Source: Octopus sinensis
Lineage: Eukaryota
Length of the DNA: 64,000 nt
Direction: 5' to 3'
Assembly: GCF_006345805.1 (NCBI RefSeq)
Contig: NC_042999.1
Coordinates: 1,054,001-1,118,000, forward strand
Part shown: piece after piece, positions 52,511-64,000 of the stretch
Position numbering within the stretch: position 1 is the stretch's first letter
Layout: the number at the start of each line of letters is the position of its first letter
The notes under the pieces: generated by a model
Seen by the model: the letters and a program-made list of their open reading frames with translations, nothing else
Database searches by the model: none
Told to the model about the DNA's origin: nothing
Made by a program: the position numbers and the translations under genes

Positions 52511-53479
52511 GTTCGTATACAAAGTAGTCCCGACTCTATTTACCGACGTTGTTACCGTATTAGCTGTATCATAAGTTTTTCTATTACTACAATGTGGTCA
52601 TAATTGGTGTTTATCATTGCGGTTTACATCTCCTTGGTTAGTATTTAGATACATAAATATATATTATTTCGCTCAACATATTTTTTATTCACCATGTTTC
52701 CCATAAAAGTCTTATTTTGTCCTTGTTTCATAAGCATTTATTCTGGTAATCTATATGGCGTCGAGGACTGAATATTAACGCAATTTGAATGATAGCAATG
52801 TCCAAAGCCTCTGTTATGACGTTATATAGCTTTGTGGATGCCTCTTTGCACGAAGTAATATTTCGATTAAAATGACCGACAACCGAGGGAACAAGTTCAA
52901 AGTTAAACATATATCAATGTTGAATATTATTAGACAAATGGCGTGGTATCTTCTGTTGCGTCGTTACATCCTTGACATGGAATGATGCTGCTGAAGGTTT
53001 GATGATTAACATTGCTAAGCTGTAAGATTAGTCTCCATTCCCAAAAGCTGGTCGGAATGGGAATGCATAATTTAATAGAAAGGATGGTTTCGTAATGAGA
53101 AAGTCTGTTATGAATATAGCATTTACTGCCGTTTTAAATTAGATTTATATAGGTTAATCTATATGTATTCGTGTATGGTCCTGATGGTATATACATGTGC
53201 AGAAAGTGTAGTAACGACATAAAATATACCCACCGACGCACAAAGACGAACGAAGGACAAAACAATAAGGTGGAATAAAACAACCTATCCATAGCAGAAT
53301 ATATTTGCTGAAAATTATTTTCGCCTTGGATACAAGAAGCTCTTTCTGCTTTCCCAATAGCATCATACGCCTGTATGAAGAAATTGGCAAACATATTAAT
53401 TCATACATATACACACATATATACAGGCATATATATGATCTCTTGAGCACCACCAGCTCAAATATTTTTCTTCTGTCTT

Positions 53480-53645
53480 CCCTTCTATGGATCTTTCCTT
53501 CTCCTTGTTTCCGACGAAGAGCTCCGCTCGAAACGTTAAACCCTCCTTCCCTTCTTTCCTGAGCGTCAATAATACTTTAATTGTTCCACGTCCTGCGTTG
53601 CTGTGTTTTTTTTCTCTTTTTTTCTGTGTTTTCTTGTTTGGATTA

Positions 53646-53650
<5 letters not shown>
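53480..53650 (+). mobile_element. pLTR with U4C hammerhead-like motif (53507-53541)
   Basis: Near-identical to 39580-39750; lies opposite in orientation and upstream of the GIY-YIG remnant. Confidence 0.7.
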
Positions 53651-53692
<42 letters not shown>

Positions 53693-54041
53693 GATTTGAA
53701 GTGAAGTTTAAATTAAATTATGTAACAATTTACCTGTATAAGAAGATCCATATGTATTTCCTCCAGCCGATACTCAGTCGCTGTCTCCGTAAGTAAATCT
53801 AGATTTCCATGATACAACATCTATGGACATATACATTCGTTCCTTGCGGCTTCTGAAAGGTATTAATTTTATTGTTGTTGGTATTTGACATGTCTATATC
53901 TTCACCATTCCTCTTTGTAGAAGATTCATATTTTGGCAGAAGGACAGTAATTTCAGGGACGTTGTTGGTAAGTCGATTACATTCACCCAAATTACTATTT
54001 GTAAATCTCACAGCGAGAGATATTCAGCAACAGTACTTTGG

Positions 54042-54562
54042 AGTAAAGATTATTTGCCAATATAACATGGCAGTCCTGGTTTAGGACGAATGTTGATGTA
54101 ATTTAGCCCCAGGAGACATCATCTCCAGCTGGCTATACGGCATGATTTGTGTCCTTATAGTTTCGAACAGGGAATCTAACACCCCCACTCAGCTCAAAAC
54201 AATATCTGTGTATCACGATTTCCGGAGGAAAACGTTGAGGGGCTCAGAATGTACAGAGCCGGAAGAAATACCGGTGAACATTATCTTTGGTGCGATCGCG
54301 ATCGCGACTCTGCTAGCCAACCACCTTAGAAAGATACAATAATGAAAGTCATATAAAACGAAGTTACACCTACAACATCAAGGAAAACGATACCCAGATA
54401 TTGTTTTGTGCTGAGTGGGGGTGCTAGATTCCCTTGTTCGAAAATATAAGGATACAGATCGTGTCGTATAGCCAGCTGGGGGCGATGTCTCCTGAGGCTA
54501 AATTATAGCAATATTCGTCTTAAACCAGGACTGTCATGTTACGCTGGTAAATAATCTTTACT
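54042..54562. mobile_element. Foldback MITE with ~175-bp imperfect inverted arms
   Basis: AGTAAAGATTATTTGCCA...CAAAACAATATCTG versus CAGATATTGTTTTG...TAAATAATCTTTACT; no TSD seen. Confidence 0.75.
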
Positions 54563-54994
54563 ACATCCACCCAAAGTTCTCAAATGATAATTACTTTATC
54601 CTTCCCGAAAGGATTAAAGGTAAACCTCAGTGGTTTTGGGGCTCAGAATGTAAAAAACGAGAAGAAATACCGGCAAGCATTATGTTCGATGCGACCATGA
54701 CTCTGCTAGCCTCCCGCCTTAGAAAGATACAATAATAAAACGAGGTTACAGCTACAACATCAAGAAACGACTGCCATTCTCAATAACTGAAGTTAGAGAC
54801 AAAATTGAGATTAAGTTAACTGATGTCTTTAACTGATCACAGATATTATTGTCGAAGCTTGTTTAAATTGATTGTTGCTGTAAAATCATACTGAATTACT
54901 AAAGTCTGATTCATGCACATGATTAACTGCGCATGCTCATAAAACGTTTGTATACAGACATAACTACAGACGTATGTGTATTCTTTTGTTCTTT

Positions 54995-55390
54995 TATTTG
55001 CTTCTGTCATTTGACTACGGCCATGTTGGAGCACCGCCTTTAGTCGAACAAACCGAGCTGGGGTTTATTCTTTGTTAAGCCTAGAACTAATTTTATCGAA
55101 CAATTTTGCCGAACAGCTAAGTTACGGGAACGTAAACACACCAGCATTGATTGGTTGTCAAGCGGTGGTGGGGAAACACAGACGCACAAATACGAACACA
55201 CACACATATATATATATATATATACATATATACGACGGGATTCTTTCTGTTTCCGCTTACCAAATCCATTCACAAGGCTTTGGTCAACGCAAGGCTATAG
55301 TAGAAAACACTTGCCCAAGGTGCCACGCATTGGGACTGAACCCGGAACCATGTAGTAGGGAAGCAAGCCTCTTACAACTCAACCACTCCA
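54995..55390 (-). mobile_element. SINE family B, full length
   Basis: Homologous to 2348-2752. Confidence 0.87.
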
Positions 55391-55944
55391 TTGCCTATGT
55401 ATTTATCCACACGAACTGTATCATATACGGATAAACAAAGCATATATATGTGCGTGTATGTGTGTATGCATATGTTAGCATGTACATATATGTATATATG
55501 TGTATATATATATAGAACTAAGTTCATTCAGTTAGATATATATATATATATGTAGCTCTTACAGCTTTTGCGTAATACACATTATTATATTATTGCTTAA
55601 TACACATTATTACAGCAACCTGTCGCTGAAGTTTTGAAACAGTTGTAAAGAACAATCTAAGGATATATATATATACGCATCGATGGTTATTTTCTTGATA
55701 ATTTTTACTTTGCACCTTGTGTAATATAAACGATAGAATGCCATGGATACGTGAATGTCCATATATTACCTCTTATTACACACTCGAGTTATACAGCTCT
55801 GAGAGCCAACTGTTATTGTTCGGTATTGGGATACGATTATTCAAGCGTCTTCTCACGCAATGGATATCGTTCATCTTTTAATTTTTATTTGTTTCAATCT
55901 GGAGTCTTCGGCCATGCTGGGGCACCGCCAGTTCATATATGTAT

Positions 55945-55977
<33 letters not shown>

Positions 55978-56014
55978 CATATATATAGATATATGTATAC
56001 ATATATATATATGC

Positions 56015-56046
<32 letters not shown>

Positions 56047-56248
56047 GTATACATATGCATATATATATATATATACATATATATATGTATATATATATAT
56101 ATATATATATTATTATATAATTTGGGCTTAGCAAAATAAATTACTTTGCCACATACTGGACTTAGTAGAAATACTGAACACTTGGTGAAATTGATTAATT
56201 AATTTTACCCTCAATTGTTGATATTATATATATATATATATATGTATG

Positions 56249-56312
<64 letters not shown>

Positions 56313-56709
56313 TATATATATATATATAATAAGTACTTGGCTTACAAAGAATAAGTCGTGGGGACGATTTTTTCGACTAAAAGCAGTGCTCCAGCATGGC
56401 CGCAGTCAATTGAGTCAATCAAGTAAAAGAATAAAAGAATGGAAGAATGAAGACGTCCCTGTTAGCTAACGGTTCGACAAAACTTTTTTAAAATCCCAGG
56501 TACTAGGATCAATTCGACTAAAACCTTCAAAGTGCTGTCGCAACATAGTCGCAGTCCAATGACTGAATCAAGCAAACGATAAGACACATAAGATAATTAC
56601 ATGGAAAAACAACAGACGACAGAGCGACTTTGAAAATAAACATGATAAAGAAACCGCAGTGAAATTTCAACACGACACACTAATACCTAGAACTCACATT
56701 TATAGTTGC

Positions 56710-57085
56710 TCGGGTTTATTTTCTTTTGGACCCTTTAGAATTGGAATTTTTGAAATGTAAAAATTGTGCATTGTGTAGCTTGTTATTCTCTTTAAGTGAA
56801 CATTTTTCTGGTTGAAATACACCGAAAAATGGTGACACAGCGGTCAAAAAATCGTAAAAAATAGGGATTTTCATAGAAGAAAAGCACCTTTTTGATGTAA
56901 ATAATTTTTGGTGTTAACATGGTCCGATTTGAATTTTTTCTTCTACGGAAGAAAGAGCAAGCCTTCCTCTATCATACTCTCAATTTTGGTCAACTTGCGC
57001 CGCAGGGTCTTGGAGGAGATAGTGTTAGTTGAAGGCTACCAAACCTGCCATACACAGACAACTTCAGCTTTATATATATAGATAG
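56710..57085 (-). mobile_element. Non-autonomous Helitron, second copy
   Basis: Reverse complement of 6107-6496 with a degraded 3' end. Confidence 0.85.
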
Positions 57086-57431
57086 ATTATTGAAATAAAT
57101 CTACGTTTATCCCATTGTCACAAAAAAAACGGATTGATATATAGAATGGACTGGAAAATTAATGAAATACTTCTGCTGATAAATGGAAAACAGCGAATGA
57201 CTTTATATGACAAAGCTATATTAAGAAGATTCTAAATCGAATGATTTATCAACAGAAATATTCCAATCATTTCACCATCCATTATACATATCAATCCATC
57301 ATATCGTCACATTTGTAAAAAGAGGTAAAATTTATTCAAATTTCAAAAGCGATTAGCAAAAGTTCCAGACGAAGAATAGAACTGCAAAAAAAAAAAGGTG
57401 GAACACCATAAAACACTGCGATAAAAATATT

Positions 57432-58214
57432 TATTTCTTTACTGCCTACAAGGGGCTAAACACAGAGGGGACAAACAAGGACAGACAAACGGATTAAGTC
57501 GATTAGATCGACCCCAGTGCGAAACTGATACTTTATTTATTGACCCCGAAAGAATGAAAAGCAAAGTCGACCTCGGCGGAATTTGAACTCAGAACGTAAC
57601 GGCAGAGGAAATACCTATTTCTTTACTGCCCACAAGGGGCTAAACACAGAGGGGACAAACAAGGACAGACATAGGTATTAAGTCGATTAGATCTACACCA
57701 GTGCGAAACTGGTACTTTATTTATTGACTCCGAAAGGATGAAAAGCAAAGTCGACCTCGGCGGAATTTGAATTCAGAACGTAACGGCAGACGAAATACCT
57801 ATTTCTTTACTGCCTACAAGGGGCTAAACACAGAGGAGACAAACAAGGACAGACAAACGGATTAAGTCGATTACATCTACCCCAGTGCGAAACTGGTACT
57901 TTATTTATTGACTCCGAAAGGATGAAAAGCAAAGTCGACCTCGGCGGAATTTGAACTCAGGACGTAACGGCAGACGAAATACCTATTTCTTTACTACCCA
58001 CAAGGGGCTAAACACAGAGGAGACAAACAAGGACAGCCAAACGGATTAAGTCGATTACATCTACCCCAGTGCGAAACTGGTACTTTATTTATTGACTCCG
58101 AAAGAATGAAAGGCAAAGTCGACCTCGGCGGAATTTGAACTCAGAACGTAGCGGCAGACGAAATACCGCTAAGAATTTCGCCCGGCTTGCTAACGTTTCT
58201 ACCAGCTCGCCGCC
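57432..58214 (-). mobile_element. SINE family A tetramer (one head, four 184-bp bodies)
   Basis: Period 184 (57432, 57616, 57800, 57984); 17-bp TSD ACTGCGATAAAAATATT at 57415-57431 and 58217-58233. Confidence 0.93.
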
Positions 58215-58264
58215 TTACTGCGATAAAAATATTTTGGGAACACTAAGATAATTTCTACTGTTAC

Positions 58265-58540
58265 TGGCTCTCCGTCGGTTACGATGACGAACGTTCCAGT
58301 TGATCTGATGAACGGAAGAGCTTCTTCATGAAATTAACTTGCAAGTGGTTGAGCACCGCACAGACATGCAAACCCTTGACGTGATACTCGGGGAGATTCT
58401 GCGTGATGCAGAATGTGACAGCCGAGTGCTCCGGAGACCGTGAAATAATGTATCTTGCTCAGACACACAACACGCTACCGGGAATCGAACTCATGATATT
58501 GATTCGAATATCCTAACCACTGAGCCATGTGCCTCCACAA
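58265..58540 (-). mobile_element. Degenerate SINE family D/C
   Basis: C-type tail plus D-type head. Confidence 0.7.
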
Positions 58541-58574
58541 AGAACAAACGAGCAACTTTATCGGAGAACCTAGT

Positions 58575-58940
58575 ATAATTTTTGATAGAATTAAAGTCAG
58601 TTATCAAACTGAAATGGCAGAGCAAGGTGGTTTTAAAACTGGAAAAAGAAGGGAAGTTTAGGCTATTCTTAAATTAAAAATGAACATTTGAGAAAATACA
58701 GACCAGCTGCAAAAATTATTTATTGCTTTTATCGATTTCAAAGAAGCTTTTGACACATTTATTTATGAAATATTTTGGTCGGTGATAAGCAGAAATGGGA
58801 TTTTCTTAATATTTTATAGAGATTCTTAAAATCACTTTATTTTATTAGAAAAACGTCTGGGAAAATTAATGTGGGTTTTACTGAGTTGTTTGAGATTGGA
58901 TAGAAGGAGTTCAACAAAGACATTTCCTAATTTCGTTTTC
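58575..58940 (+). pseudogene. Decayed RTE-like reverse transcriptase fragment
   Basis: DRIKVSYQTEMAEQGGFKTG...LFIAFIDFKEAFDT...FWSV...GVQQ with in-frame stops. Confidence 0.72.
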
Positions 58941-59066
58941 TGTAATCAACACCTACGCGGTTAAAAGTGAAAAAGAAAGCTTTTTTGAGAAGCTTTGGGT
59001 GTGCAGTTATAAATGGAGGAATAATGGTCACCGATATCAAATACATCGATGTAAAACGTAAAGGGC

Positions 59067-59711
59067 GGATCTTTACCTTTTGACCTACAGATTTAAAAAA
59101 TAATTTTTTGTAATTAAGCACTTTCAAACTTCAGACAATGGTAGAATGTGTCATATAAAACATCTTTTACTCTTAGCATTTTTGAGAAAAACTTATATTT
59201 ACGAAGTTATTTCACGTTAAAGTTCTGGTATTTCGGTAATTTCAACCAATCAATGACGTGTATTCAGCTGAATAAAATTACTGCCATTGTTTGTCAACCA
59301 CAACTTTCGGTGGTGCATATTTCGTTTGTCACTATTATTTATGACATCGTTCGTGCGTTTGTACTGGTTTTAAGGTTTTAAGGTTAGGGTTTTAGGGTTA
59401 GGGTGTTAGGGTTAGGGTTTTAGGGTTAGGGTTGTCATAAATAATAGTGACAAACGAAATATACACCACCGGAAGTTCTTGTTGACAAACAACAGCAGTA
59501 CTTTTATTCAGCTGAATAGACGTCATTGATTGGTTGAAATTACCGAAATACGAGAAATTTAACGTGAAATAACTTCGTAAATATAAGTTTTTCTCAAAAA
59601 TGCTAAGAGTAAAAGATGTTTTATATGACACATTCTACCAGTGTCTGAAGTTTGAAAGTGCTTAGTTACAAAAAAATATTTTTAAATCTGTAGGTCAAAA
59701 GGTAAAGATCC
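59067..59711. mobile_element. Merlin-like foldback element with telomeric-repeat spacer
   Basis: ~280-bp inverted arms (59067-59346, 59433-59711), GGATCTTT termini, 8-bp TSD TAAAGGGC (59059-59066, 59712-59719), TTAGGG repeats in the spacer. Confidence 0.92.
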
Positions 59712-60009
59712 TAAAGGGCGTCTCCCTGGTCATTAATGTCTTTTGTGGTAGGACTCCTGAAGCCGGGGTTTCATCTGGTTTTAGTGATAAAATAAAAGAG
59801 TCTGAGATTTCAATATTTCCTCTGAACATGACGCCATTCCACCGCGGGGTAAATCATTTACAGGTGAGTTGACTGAAACTGTGCGAAAAGAAGCGTTTGA
59901 CTCAAGAACACAGTGTACCGTTCGTTCCGTGAATTGAAACCACTATCTTGAGATGGTGAATGTAACGTCTTAACCATTAGGCCGCACACCCTCAGATACG
60001 CCGATGATA

Positions 60010-60057
<48 letters not shown>

Positions 60058-60359
60058 TTCTTCTTCTTCTTCTTCTTCTTCCAATCAGGAATCACGCCAT
60101 TATCCACAAAGAATAATCTCTAATTCGAGCCTACTCTAAGTTACTAAGAATGCATGTGGCAACTTGAAGATCCACTCACCACATACGATAGACTGGCGGT
60201 TGCACGGGCGCGAAAGCTACGTTGTTATCCTCATTCGGTAAACGGTGGCTTTTAACGGGTGGAGGGCTGAACCATCCTGGGGTACAGAGGATTCGCAATC
60301 TAGACTAGGGTCTGAAAATTCACCACACCATAATGGGTTACACCATGGTTCCACTGCTT

Positions 60360-60558
60360 TGTGGCAGAAGTAGGAAGAAAGATTGAGAGAAAGTCGTGGT
60401 GAAAGAGTACAGCGGGGTTCACCCCAGCCCCGCCAGAGCCTCGCAGAGCTAAGGTGATTTTGCTCAATAAACACTCACAATTCACGGTCTGGGAATCGAA
60501 ACCGCATTCTTACGGCCGCGATTCCGCTGCCCTAACCACTGGGCCATTGCGCCTCCTC
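60360..60558 (-). mobile_element. SINE family C, 5' half
   Basis: Head homologous to 23050-23125. Confidence 0.85.
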
Positions 60559-61269
60559 CGCCGATAATGCTGTCCTTATTGGTGGAAGCTGAGAAGAATT
60601 GCGGTTTGGGATGATGAATGGAAGAGAGAAAAGTGAAGAATTAGTTTTAATCATAAATATTGGCAAAAGTGAATCAACGATTATCTCAGGAGCACAAGAT
60701 CAAGAATATCCCATAATAATTGACAATTAACTGTCAAAGCTGTGTATGAGGTTTTGGTATCTGGGAAGAATTATTAGAAATCAATGTGATGGCAGCGAAG
60801 TGATACAAAAAAGAATTTCAATACCAAAAACTGCTTCCGTCTTTTTTATTCTTCATTTGGAAAAAAAATCTGTCTACAAGTAAAATATTTATTATTCTTA
60901 AACATGAGTATTATTGACAGTAACTTCGAAGCTTCGGTCGGCTAAACCATCGTCAAAATATCAAGATCGAACTACTGGTTTTTTTTTTGTATATTTGCAA
61001 TAGCAAGTTATGGGTGAGAATATTGCACTCTTCAAAAATATCTGACAGACAAAGACTTTCTGTGTTTGGTGATTTATGAAGAATAACAAGAATTAGTAAG
61101 GCAGGGCTGAGGGCACAATATTTAAGAACAGTAATGGAAGTTAGTTAGAGATGGTAAAAGGGCACTCCGTCGGTTACGACGACGTGTGATCCGAAACACA
61201 GAACGAAACGGCCTGCTTGTGAAATTAATGAGCAGGTGGCTGAGCATTCCACAGACAAGTGTGCCTTAT

Positions 61270-63645
<2,376 letters not shown>

Positions 63646-64000
63646 TCAAACACGGCATGATACGAACCAACTTTGTACCCAAGTGTTTCCTGAGCAGACA
63701 AAATAAGATCAAAGATTATCGAAGAAAGATATTCACGTCTTTTTCCCTCAACGTCTCTCAGTGCCATGTCTTCTGTTATCCATTCCTGTCTTAAAGTGTC
63801 ACATGAAGGCGATTAGGCTATTAGTTTTGTTATATCGAGCAATGTACTAGTGGCACAGTGAGGAATTTGGGGCAGATGTTATTAATTAATTAAAATAATG
63901 ACGATGTTAGTGTGGATGAGAATATAGATAATGGGAGAAAGGTGAGATCGATGGATTGATAGCGAATATGGCATGCGCACACATACATACACACACACAC

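Noticed and set aside
57432-58214. CRISPR array or retrozyme
   Set aside because: There are no unique spacers, and I found no hammerhead core in the 184-bp unit on either strand.

Overview
AT-rich, microsatellite-dense eukaryotic DNA that is largely intergenic or intronic. The SINE families and repeat landscape point to an octopod cephalopod (Octopus); this is inference from recalled repeat families, not a database hit. No complete host gene is evident. Most of the ORF track is translation of (TA)n, (CATA)n, (GATA)n, (TTA)n and (GAT)n tracts. Recognisable protein-coding remnants all belong to transposons: a young 5'-truncated CR1-type RT inserted into a Dong/R4-type endonuclease remnant, RTE APE and RT fragments, a Penelope-like GIY-YIG remnant, L1/Tx1-like ends, a Helitron Rep fragment, a probable Chapaev3-type transposase fragment and a mariner C-terminus. 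There are many tRNA-derived SINE copies (called families A-D here), MITEs and non-autonomous Helitrons. Four observations stand out. (1) SINE family A occurs as monomer, dimer, trimer and tetramer with a recurrent palindromic junction, and most arrays sit inside a single target-site duplication (TSD). (2) Several minimal hammerhead ribozymes lie in Penelope-like pseudo-LTRs (pLTRs), including a U3-A8 compensated copy and U4C and A6U core variants. (3) A Merlin-like foldback element carries telomeric TTAGGG repeats in its loop. (4) A repeat-poor island at about 32.0-34.4 kb holds unidentified candidate exons. All coordinates and structures were read by eye.
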